In this document: positions 1 through 11,800 of the stretch, in pieces
Layout: every line of letters starts with the position of its first letter
Numbering within the stretch: the first letter of the stretch is position 1
NCBI GenBank assembly: GCA_964016885.1
Contig: OZ024743.1
Coordinates: 193,254,001 to 193,318,000, forward strand
Origin: Eledone cirrhosa
Taxonomy: Eukaryota
Length of the DNA stretch: 64,000 bases
Reading direction: 5' to 3'
The notes under the pieces: model-generated
Seen by the model: the letters and a program-made list of their open reading frames with translations, nothing else
The model's database searches: none
What the model was told of the DNA's origin: nothing
Program-made: the position numbers and the translations under genes

Positions 1-318
1 GTGATTATATTTTTCTTGTTGCTATAATGCCTTTTGTACCATGAGAAAATTAACTGTCAAATATAAATAATACTACATCAGAGTAACGCGTTTCATTTCA
101 GATACAGCACATCATCCGTTTTCCCTGCTAGCAAGAGTTGAATATATCATCCCAGACTTGTCAGTACTCTGACCTCTAGGTGGGCTGGGGGCCCCAACAT
201 GTGATCCTGCTTTCTACTGTGTGTATTACATGGTCACACCAATACCAAGGAAGTTTTAGTGTTGGTGTTAAGATAAAATGGAAGGATTCATCATTTGTGA
301 TCTACATAATAAGTCTAT

Positions 319-1999
319 GTAAAAGCACCACAGACGCTCTTTTCATAGTACGACAACTACAGGAGAAGTACCTAGCTAAAGGTAAACCCCTCTACTTAGC
401 TTTTGTCGACCTGGAGAAAGCCTTCGACAGAGTCCCCCGCTCCATTATCTGGTGGGCTCTTAGAAAACTAGGCGTTGACGAATGGCTTGTGAGGGCTATA
501 CAAGCCATGTATAAAGAAACAGTCAGCAAGGTTAGAATTAACAACGAATATAGTGAAGAGTTTAGCGTAAAAGTTGGCGTCCATCAGGGCTCTGTTCTCA
601 GCCCCCTACTATTTATTATTGCCCTTCAGGCTATAACAGAGGAGTTCAAGACAGGCTGCCCATGGGAACTCCTATACGCAGACGACCTGACACTCATAGC
701 GGAATCAATGGCCGAGCTAGAGAAGAAATTCCAAACATGGAAGCACGGCCTAGAGTCAAAAGGACTTAAAATTAACCTGGCTAAGACCAAAGTTCTAGTT
801 TGTAGGAAAGAAAACAAGGCGGCGGTCCCTTCTGGGAAATGGTCGTGCTCGGTATGTAGGAAAGGCGTAGGTAGAAACTCCATCTTATGTCCTAAATGCA
901 AAGTATGGGTGCATAAAAGATGTAGTGGGATCACAGGTAAGCTAACTAAGAACATAGACTTTACATGTGGCCGGTGTTCTGGTGCAATAAGTAGCAGCAA
1001 GTGCCCACAAAATACTAGCTCTTTCAATTGCGCAGAGGGTTTTATAGAAATAGTGGACAGCTTCCGTTACCTGGGCGATAAAATCAGCAGTGGGGGAGGG
1101 TGCTCTGAAAGTACTGTAGCTAGAGTCAGAACTGGTTGGAAAAAGTTCAGAGAGCTTATACCACTATTAGCTGCTAAAGGGTTCTCCCTAAAAATGAAAG
1201 GCAGGTTGTACGATGCCTGCATACGAACAGCAATGTTGCATGGTAGTGAGACCTGGGCATTGTGTGCAGAGGATATACGCAGACTAGAGAAGAACGAAGC
1301 TTGCATGCTCCGCTGGATGTGTAACAGTAATATACGTGAACGGCAAAGCGTAAACGAACTAAGGAAAAAATTAGAGATAAGAGGGATCAGATGTTGTTTA
1401 CTCGAGAGAAGGCTGCGTTGGTATGGACACGTGATGCGCATGAAAGTCGATAGCTGTATTACAAAGTGCAGGGCAATAAAGATAGACGGTAGCCACGGAA
1501 TAGGCAGACCTAGAAAAACATGGGATGAGCTGATAAACTCCGACCTCACACACTTACACCTCTCCAAGACAATGTCACTGGACCGTGACCTTTGGCGGTA
1601 CTCAGTAACAGAGAAGACCCGCCTTGCCAGTAGGCATCTCTAACAAAATACACCCCTCCTGCCGCCGCCCCCACCCCATCCCCACAACCACGTTCTATGT
1701 AAAGTTATGTTGGTGCCGCGCCATCCAGGCCGAAACAAATGAGATCGTGTAGGTGTCACGACAAAAAAACACACAGTCCACGCTGTAATGTGGCCGTGTA
1801 GGCAACACGGTAAAAACCTCCCAGACCCACACTGTAAATGTGGTTGGTGTTAGGAAGGGCATCCAACTGTAGAAAACCTGCCAGACAGTCCTATGCGAGC
1901 AAGACAATCACTCTTGCCTCAAGTGGGACTACCCCCGTCCAAACCCATGCAAGCGTGGAACACGGACGTTAAACGTTGATGATGATGATGATGATGATG
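319..1999 (+). mobile_element. RTE-clade LINE, family A, 5'-truncated (RT with internal PHD finger, 3'UTR, (GAT)n tail)
   Basis: Motifs FVDLEKAFD, GVHQGSVLSPLLF, YADD, FRYLG, RLRWYGHV, GRPRKTW. Homology to the copy at 62-64 kb starts near 319. TSD ATAATAA at 306-312 and 2000-2006. Confidence 0.95.
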
Positions 2000-2199
2000 A
2001 TAATAAATGCACCCAGTACACACTATAAAGTATTTGTCTCTAATATGATTTGAACATAAGACCAAGTAGCCAGTAGTCTACCTCTGTGTTTCTCTACTTA
2101 TACAAGCAAATGATCTTATAACTAACTGATGAAAGTAGTGAAGTAAAAAACTAAGTCTTAATCCCATGTCAAAAGATTAAAAAATATTCTGATACACAC

Positions 2200-2279
2200 C
2201 AGATGAAGACGACATTGGTGAAGGCCCCAGATCTGTTTGAGATTCTGACCCACGAAGCTTTCCACTTTGGCTGTCCATT
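2200..2279 (-). CDS. VPS13D: VPS13D coding exon 25 (MDSQSGKLRGSESQTDLGPSPMSSSS)
   Basis: tttAG acceptor at 2280-2281; donor GTGTGT assumed (exact donor uncertain; an in-frame stop follows if unspliced). Confidence 0.78.
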
Positions 2280-2790
2280 CTAAACAAAAGATTTAAACAT
2301 TAAAAATTACACAAATAAAATTATATTGAGAGAGAGAGATAGTGAACATGATGAAGGAGATGATAGGAAGTCACATATGGTGAAGTACTGTGTTGGAAGT
2401 AATAATAAGTTGGTGTGATAACTGTGTTGAACAAAGTCAAGGTATTTCACATTCTCATATCATCATCATCATTTTATGTCCACTTTTCCCTGCTTGCAAG
2501 GGTGGGACGGGAACTGATTCTAGCTTGATTTCTACAGCTGGATGCCCTTCCTAACACCAACCTCATTTACAGTGAGTGCTGGGTGCTTTTTTGCCGTGGC
2601 ACCTCCACGACCACTTTGCAGTGGAATGATAGGGACCCCAGTCCCTATCATCTCATTTCTACAGCTGAGAAATGGGGCAATGTGAAATGAAGTGTCTTGC
2701 TCAAGGAAACAAAACATCACCCGGTCTGAGAATTGAACTCACAACCTTTCGATTGCAAGGCTAATGCTCTAACCACTAAGCCATGTGCCT

Positions 2791-2846
<56 letters not shown>

Positions 2847-5800
2847 GGAGAGAGAGAGAGGGGGGGGGGATAATGAACATCATGAAGGAGATGATAGGAA
2901 GCCACATATGGTGGAAAAGATCCGTTCAACCCATGCAAGCATGGTAAATTGGATGTAAAATGATGATGATATGTATGTGCTTTTATGTAAGATAGGTGAA
3001 ACATTACTTACGCTAAATTTTTGTGAGAAGCTGCAAGCAATTCATAATCTTTTCCAAATGTCTGTAGTCCGTCAACAAGCAGTAAACTGTGTACTGTGAG
3101 TGTTGTGGTCATTTCTTTGTATTTTTTTACTAATCGTCCTTGGACATGATCTACTTGTAGTTCTGTAATAGGTCGGCCTAAAAACAACAATAAAACAGAA
3201 AAAAGTAAATAACTTTAGCCCTTTTGTTTGTGATTAGGTTGGTGATAGGAACGGCATTCAGTCATAGAAACCTTACCAAACAAAGGGTTGTGAGGACCTT
3301 CAATTTTGTCAAAGACATGACAACCTCTCCTGTGCACTTGGTGGAATATGAGACTATATAAGTGAGACAGAGATCCCTGGCTTTGCTTCAGTGCTGACCT
3401 GATCTGTGTGGACCTGTTCAATCCTTGCTACCAGGAAAACCAACGTTAAAATGATAATGATGTTGATGATCTACCGATACTGCCAATCCACCGCCCTATA
3501 TTATTTTGTTGTAATTATTTATATATTATGAAGTATCAAAGTCTTTTGATGTCCAACTAAAACTTGGTTGCTGATATTTTACTTCACTGTATCAAGTTAT
3601 TGTTGTTTAGCTCCTTTATTTTAAAAAATATTTATACACAAATACAATTTTCTATGCTGGCATGGGCTGGAAGGAACTATTTGAAGTAGAATGTTTAGTC
3701 ACTTTTTACGTAAAATGTCACTGTTTGTCGTAAAAAGTGACTAAACATATAGTGTAATTATTATAAATACAGAATTACATACAGTATACACACACACAAA
3801 CACACATATCATCATCCTTTTTATGTCTACTTTTCCATGCTAGCAAGTATTGAACAAGATTCGGTCAGGATTCTGAAGAGTCCTCTCATATCCTATATTG
3901 TCACTGTTCAATTGTCAAACACTGTAACCGCCAGTCTCCCACCGTGTTTACTCAGAGCTGTAGATGAACTTTTGCCTTTCATTCTACATCATCATCATCA
4001 TTTTACGTCCGCTTTTCCCTGCTTGCAAGGCTGGGACGGGTCCTATACAGTACAGCATCTCTCCATTTGTCACAGTCCTTCAACATCTCCATCGTGAGCT
4101 TCAGCGATCTAAGGTCTGCTCTCACCACTTTCGCCCATGGTCTTCCTTCAACTGGCACTTCTTCACCCATCGCAGTCCTCTCCTGCACACTACAATTTAT
4201 CCCTCTCAGACACAGTTTCTCTCTCAACACATCCATGCTCGGTCGTTCACACACATTGACATTGCACATCTAACGGAGCATGCTTGCCTCATTTCTCTCC
4301 AGCTGTCGTATATCCTCTGCAGTTGCTGCCCATGTCTCACTACCATGCAGCATCACGCACCTCACATAGGCATCATATAACCGGCCTTTCGTACGCAGGG
4401 AGAAACCCTTCTTCGTTAGCAGAGAAAGCAGCTCTCTAAACTTCTTCCAAGCCGTCCTTATTCTAGATACTATGGCCTCGGAACACCCCCTTCCCATGCT
4501 AATCTGATCACCTAGGAATCTATCAACTGCTTCCATAGCACCCACCTGCATTTGAAAAATGTGTCTATCAATGCGACTTCTACTGTCAAATTTCCCTGTA
4601 CATCTACTGCATACGTATTTCTCCCCACCTGTTAGTTTGCCTGCTATCCCACTACATCTCTTGTGTACCCAAGATCTGCATTGTGTACATTTTATAGAAT
4701 TTTTACCAGTTCCTTTTCTGCATATCGAACATGGCCATTTCCCTGACGGAATCAGAGTTTTGTCCTCTTTTTTACTCAACACTTTTGTCTTAGCTAGGTT
4801 CACTCTCAGTCCTCTTGATTCCAACTGCTGTTTCCATAGCCAGAATTTATTCTCTAGCTCCTGTATTGATTCTATTATAAGAACCAGATCGTCAGCATAA
4901 TCTGAAATTCCTCACTAAACTCCATTCCTACCCTCACTTTATTGACACCACCTCTGTACAAAGCTTGCACCGTCCTCACAAGCCATTCCTCAACACCTAG
5001 TTTCCTTAGAGACCACCAGATGACAGATTGGGGTACCCTATCAAAGGCCTTCTCTAGGTCAACAAAAGCTAAGTATAGTGGCTTATTCTTCTCTAAGAAC
5101 CTCTCTTGTAATTGTCTCACTAAGAAGAGGGCATCTGTTGTACTTTTCCCAGGCACAAAACCAAACTGCATCTCATCTAGTTTGACCCTTTCTCTAATTA
5201 GTTGCGCTAATATCCTTTCTGCAACTTTCATAACCTGATCCATCAGTTTTATGCCCCTATAATTGCTCCTCTCCAGAGCATCCCCTTTACCTTTGTAGCA
5301 ATTTATGAGAATACTGCTGCACCAGTCTTTGGGTATGACACCGCCATATATAGCCTGATTGATGATGCGTGCAACCAGTTTAATGCCTACGTCCCCTGAT
5401 GCCTTCAGCATCTCAGCAACTATCTCCGACGGTCCAGCGGCCTTACCATTTTTCATTTCCTTAATCGCCTCTTGGACCCTATATTCGTCAATCTCAAAAG
5501 CTGGTCCCTCTGTTGGATCTACTGGGGGTAATTTCTCTCTCTCCCATTCGTTCTCCATATTCATCAGTCTCTCATAATGACATTTCCAGGCCTCCTTTTT
5601 CTGATCATTCGTGACACTAAGTACACCGGCATCATTCCGGACACATTTATCTCCAACAACATCCTGATTTGCATTGACACACTGCCTTGCAATGCGGAAT
5701 ACCGCACGTGTCTGATCTTCCCGTCACAGAACATTGGCAAACCTCCTACTCTCAGCCTCCCTGCGTGTTAAGTACAGGAGTTGATAAAATAAATACCAAA

Positions 5801-8800
5801 CAAATAGTGGGGTTGATTTTATCAACTTTTATCTCCCTAAATGTGTGATATTGGATCTAAGAGAGAAATCAGTATTAGGAAGATGGTGCATGGCAGAGCC
5901 AATTAACTGTCAGAGAAAATGCTATTAGAAATTTAATCATGACACATGTTCTGAGTTCAAAATCCTATTAGGTTTGACTTTGCCCTTCATCTTTCTGGGG
6001 TTGTTAAAATAAGCATTAGCCCTATACTGGTGCCATTTTTTCATAATTTGTGGTCTTTTGTGTGAAATGTTACAAATCATTATTATGGTCAATTATAGGG
6101 TGGTGAATTGGCAGTATCGGTAGAGTCGGGCACCATGCTTTTGACGCATAGAGTTACGGCCCTTGCCATTCTGAGTTCAAATCCCACCGAGGTTAACTCT
6201 GCTTTTCATCCTTACGGGGTCGATAAAATAAAGTACCAGTAATGTACTGGGTAATTGCTGGCCTTGTGCCAATAGTAGAAACAATTATTATGGTCAATTA
6301 TGTGGCCAATAAAAGAAATTATTATCAATAATAATACATGCTATTGAGAAAAGTGTAATAATAAAATAGGAGTAAATATAACAATAAAATGCATCACCAT
6401 CATAGTACGTCCATTTTCCATGCTGGCATGAATTGGATGGTTCATTACAGACGAGGTCAGTACTCAGTCAGAGATGTTGCTCTCCTAGACGAGTCAAGGG
6501 ACCACAGCTTGCTCAATACTTTCCATTTTTTACCTGGTTTTAACAGTTGGATGTCCTTCTTAATGACAACTACTTTCTATGTGCTTTTTAAATTGTAAAT
6601 ATGACTATCACAATGAAATAATTGACATTATATTAAGAAAAAAAAGAAACAATATTGCAGGAAAGTGTTGTAATTACCTCGACTATTAATTTCCAATGAT
6701 AATTTATTGACAGAAAACTCTGCCTCAAGTAAAACAGATGATTCCATAATCTTGCTTTGTTGTTGTTTCTCTTTTTCAGATGATGGTAAACTGTAAAACA
6801 ATAAAAGAGAATATTTTGCAAGTATGAAAATAATAATGCTACTATCACTATTTTGCTGATTGCCTTTCACACTTATTGTTAATGTAAGTAGAAATTAGTT
6901 ATATATGACAATATCAGTTTAGTCATTTCTTTCTGAGATAAGAGAAGTATCAGTAGTTGTCCAGCACCAGTACATTTATTTACTTGGATATCCATCACAT
7001 ATTAAACTGTTCCGTTAATATTAGATAAGACTCAGTATATATCAACATTATTACCATTATTGCCATTGCTGTTGTCATCAATATTAGATAAGTTTCAATA
7101 TACATCACTGTTTCTATCATTATCACTGCTGGTGTCATGATAAAATGCATTTGGTAGAGCACAGGACCATATGTAAGTGAGATGCAGGCCTCTAGCCCAG
7201 CTGAGAGGTCAGTAGCACCACAAAATGTATGATAAAGTTACATATTTAAATATATACACACTTTGTATTTATACAGATGTAATTTTATCATACACTTTGG
7301 CTGCTAGCACACTTCTCACTGTATATATAAATTAATTACCAACACGAGCGCTAATTATATGCAAATTTGTATGTCCATTTCATACTAAGAGCGAATGGGT
7401 AAATATACCCATCAAATACATGTTTCCTTGTGGCTGACTGGAGATATACATGTCTTCTAACGAGGGTCTAATAAGATTTAAAAATCGATCAAAGATGTTT
7501 ATCATTGTTTTCAATTTACAAGGAAATTGCTATTTTCTGACATGTTTACATGATGCCTCCAAATTAGATATGTGTAAATATTTATACACATTGGTGCAGT
7601 TAGGTACCATATTTACTCATAGAAGATACTTGCCTAAGGTACCAAGCAGTGGATGAACCTACTAAAACTATATAGTTAAAAGCAAACTTCTTAACCACAC
7701 AGCCACACAAGCATTGTGTGTGAGTGTGCATGTATGTGCTAATTATGTGCTATTTTCAGCCAAATATCTTTGTAATAAGATAAAATAAATTGTTACATTG
7801 TTTAAAAATTTAGTTAGGAATTCAAAGAAACAACATTGATCATACTTAACAAAAGAGGCACTAGAGACGTTGAAATCAGCTGCATCCATGTCCATACTTT
7901 GATAAATACTGACTGTAGACTTCAATTTTGTTTTCCGTGATTTATTAAGTGACGACAGTTGATTCATACACGTACTCAAAGCTTTAACCTAAAATAGAAG
8001 AGTCATTGGATATTTGGATATAAAAGAAAACAGATCTTAGAAAAATAAGACTGACAGACAGACAAATAAACATAGAGATACACACAGGGTTGAATTTAGA
8101 TCTTGGGGGTGGGGTGGGGGCTCACATACACAATTAGAATACACAGCAAACCTCCCACCCAATTTTACATTTCAAAATTAGCTCGGTGCAAGTAACTGGA
8201 AATACAGGTATTAAATTCAAAAATTCTAACCATCCTAAAACTAAAAAGCCCAGCTAAGGGCACAAATAAATTGCTACAGCCATTGCTGGTGGGCCCCCCA
8301 CTGCAAGGTTCCCGGGGCAATTGGCCCCTTTGCCATCCACTCCCATTAAATTTGGCCCTGGACACACACAGATATTAATCTTATAAGTTAGAGTTATCAT
8401 TATATGTCCATATTTCCATGCTTGCATGGGTTGCATGAAGCCTAGAGCTTATTTATCTCTGTTTCTTAGACATTAAGCAACTGAGAGTACAAGATTTTCC
8501 ACTGGATGCTACTCATTTCAGCTGAATGAACTGGAGCAATGTGAAATGAAGTGCTATGCTCATGGACACAATGTTTCGCCCAATGTGGAAATCAAACCTA
8601 AGACTTTATACTCGTGAGCTTAACACCTTAACCACTATGTTTCATGTTTCCATGCACTTACATAGTTGTAAAAAGAAACAAAAAAATAGAAGTCATTTTT
8701 CATATTTTTTACTATTTTATATTAATTTCTGCAGATTCCCATAGGATTAATCTTGGAGGAATTTCTTTTTACAACTAGATGCCTTTTCTACTGCTAAGAA

Positions 8801-11800
8801 GTTACAAGTAACACCAATTTTAAGAAAGGCATACTGAAGCTATTAGAGAAATTTGCCTTGTCTAGGAGCATAAAATATAGCTCTACCATTATCCAGCATT
8901 TTCATAACCACTGTGCCTCTAGACATAAGTTAAATTTTCAATGAGGAGAGATATGCATAAGTGTGTACCTTCTTCTGGTCTGCATGAATAGTGAGTGATG
9001 GTAAAGTTCCTGACAGCCTAACAGAAGGCCATTCTGGATCTGTAGTAAATATGACACGTCTGAAATATAAAGAAATGCATTTATTGTAAATTATTATATC
9101 CTCATGACAAGTGGAGAGATGCTGTGCTGAATAGGACCCATCTCACCCTTACAAGCAGAGAAAAGCAGACGTATGATGATGATGATGATCATCATCATTT
9201 AATGTCTATTTTCTATGCTTGCATAGGTTAAACAGGCTGTCACTTACTGACTTTTGACTGGTCAGCTGACTATGTTTTACTCATATGCTCCATTTATACA
9301 GCTGAATGCCCGTCTAATGCCAACCACTTTACATCATGGAGCACTTATATATTATAAATATCTATCCACTCCTTACAGGGCGTATTTTTTCACAATTTTT
9401 TTTTTCATGGAGCTTTAATGTATCCATGCCCAGGGAAGCAAGGCGTTTAGAGTATAAGAGATGCCTGATGGAGGGTATTCGTTTGGTTGCTTATTTCTGA
9501 ACAGTTTCCAGGCGATCAATAGGGTTTCCAGACTAGTGATCCAATTTCTACGTGTGTATGCACCATAGCTATATACAGCTTTAAATAGATAGCTGGAGAG
9601 TAGCTGACAAAGGTCTTACTGAGTGATGCTAAGACACTCTCGGCCTTCTTGACAATTTTAGAGATGTGCTTTGCCCAACACAAATCGCTGTTGATGATAA
9701 TCCCCAGGTCATGTTCACAAGAAGATTTCTTGAGTTTGGTGTTTTAGAGGGAGTATGTGAAAGCTGGGTTTTACCTCCCAAAATGCATGGTGGTACACTT
9801 GACTACAGCCAGCTTGAGTTGCCAGTCTGTAATCCATTGCTGCGTTGTGTCCAGGTCTGATTGCAGGAAAGATTTATAGCATACAGAATCTGTCCTTTTT
9901 ATCTCAAGGTATAGCTTGATGTTTCAGCACTGTGACATTCTTCAAGTTGGCATCTATGTCATTAATATATGCAGATCTTTGTGGTATACCAGATGTCATC
10001 ATATAGGGTGAAGAATGCTGTCCTAGAACTGTGACTACCTCTTTTCCACTGAGAATGAAAGACTTCAACCAGTTATAAAGATCATCTCTCACACCCATTG
10101 CACAGAGATTTGCCATAAGTCTTTTGTGTGGCACAGAATTAAAAGCTTTAGTCAAGATAAATAACATCCACCAATGAGTCGCCATCGGTGATTTGGGTAA
10201 TGTCTTCAAGAAACTTGATGAGTTCACCACAGGTGCTGGAGTTCAGGATAAATCGAAATTATGAAGGCCGGATGAGGCTGTGAGAATTCCAGAAGTCCAG
10301 AGTGTTTCTCTGCAGGATTCCATCAGTTTGGCAATGCAGCTAGCAAGACTGACTGGACGGTAGTTGACAGGTGACATGCAATCACCCTTTTTGAACAGAG
10401 GAATGACACTGGCAGTTTTCCACTGCTCTAGGGTAACACTGTTGTTAAGGCAGAATTGGAAGAAGAGTGAAAGAAGAGTGAAAGCTGGTGCAGAAGAAAG
10501 AACCCACCGCATTTGAGAAGCAGGTACATAACACCATCAAGATCAGGATAGGCATAGTTGCATCGCAGAGTTGCAGGTGTAAATTCCACAGTTGCTATAG
10601 AATTTGATGTCAGCGGTGATGGAGATGGTACATTTTGATTTTCAACAGTAAAAATTCCTGCATAACATTCAGCAATAAGTTCTGCGCATTCTTTGGGATC
10701 GTCAGTAATCCGGCCTATGTTGGGATTGCAAAGAGGACCAACTGGAGAGTGAGGTCTCTGCTTTGAACATACATATTTCCAGAACATTTTGCTGTTAGGG
10801 CTGATCACTATACATTGTTCAAATTCAAGCAGTCTTTTTTGCCACCTGTTTGAGATGATTAGATGATCTATTGCGCTTTTTTCTATTAACCTCTGATCTC
10901 TGTAGTCTGTATTCCTGTTCAGCATCAGTGTATTATTATGAGCAGTAAAATCATGACTGTAAACACATTAAGATTTTTAGAAAATCTTTCATCATCAACA
11001 GTATTATTTATTCAATTTCAGATTTCTTATTAATCAACATCGAAACTGGGAAACGTTAGAAGAACTGGAGTCCAAAGCAAAGATAACTATTTGTGATGAT
11101 TGATCTTTAATAAGAAATTACTTCAATGTTTTCAGATCTATGAATAAATCTCTTGTTTTTTACTTGAAATAATAACTTACCTTTCAAAAAGTACCTCAAT
11201 GCTGAACTTGTCTAACAAGTGGATACGAGTGTTACCTCGAGAATGGGCAGCTTTCCAGTTGTCATGAGTCTGGCCAACCAATACTTGTAAATCTTCCAAA
11301 ATTACTTGGTATCTATATATAAATATATAACAGAAATAATATACATATTGAAAGAATAATATACATGTGTGAACAGAATCACATAATTAAAAATCTGTCT
11401 TTTGTGGGGTAGTCAAACAGTACAACTCGGAAGAAACAGAGAATAAGTGAATCAGGGAATTTTAAGTGCGAGTGGACTACAGCTAATAAGTTCTTCAGAA
11501 CAGAGTCTATTAAAGTAGTAGTAGAAGAAATAAAGAAAGAATACAATGAAACAATGGTATGAAGATTTTTCAGCAAAAAATGATGTTGCTGCTTAGTTCC
11601 AAGTAATTTCTGATGGAGCAAGCATAATTAAAAGTATTCCAACCATGACTAACCTGGTTTTTAATTTTTCCCCAGACATCTTGGATAACATTATGCAATG
11701 TCTCCTTCCTTTCTTTTTAAGATCATGGGGTTGTGGCTTAAGGGAGATTTGGCTGCTAATTCTAGCTGGTCCAGCAACTCATTGATTCAAGTAAGAAAAT

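Noticed and set aside
180-318. N-terminal 46 aa of the 487-aa ORF as real protein
   Set aside because: It lies outside the TSD-bounded LINE and starts at GTG; this is a chance open frame in intron DNA
626-1567. Antisense ORFs over RTE/CR1 copies (also 62762-63907, 50785-51986, 4559-5577)
   Set aside because: Shadow frames of RT coding sequence with no independent motifs
2720-2792. tRNA genes at SINE heads (also 12866, 37745, 60240, 61535)
   Set aside because: A and B boxes are present, but there is no convincing acceptor stem and each continues into a SINE core and tail
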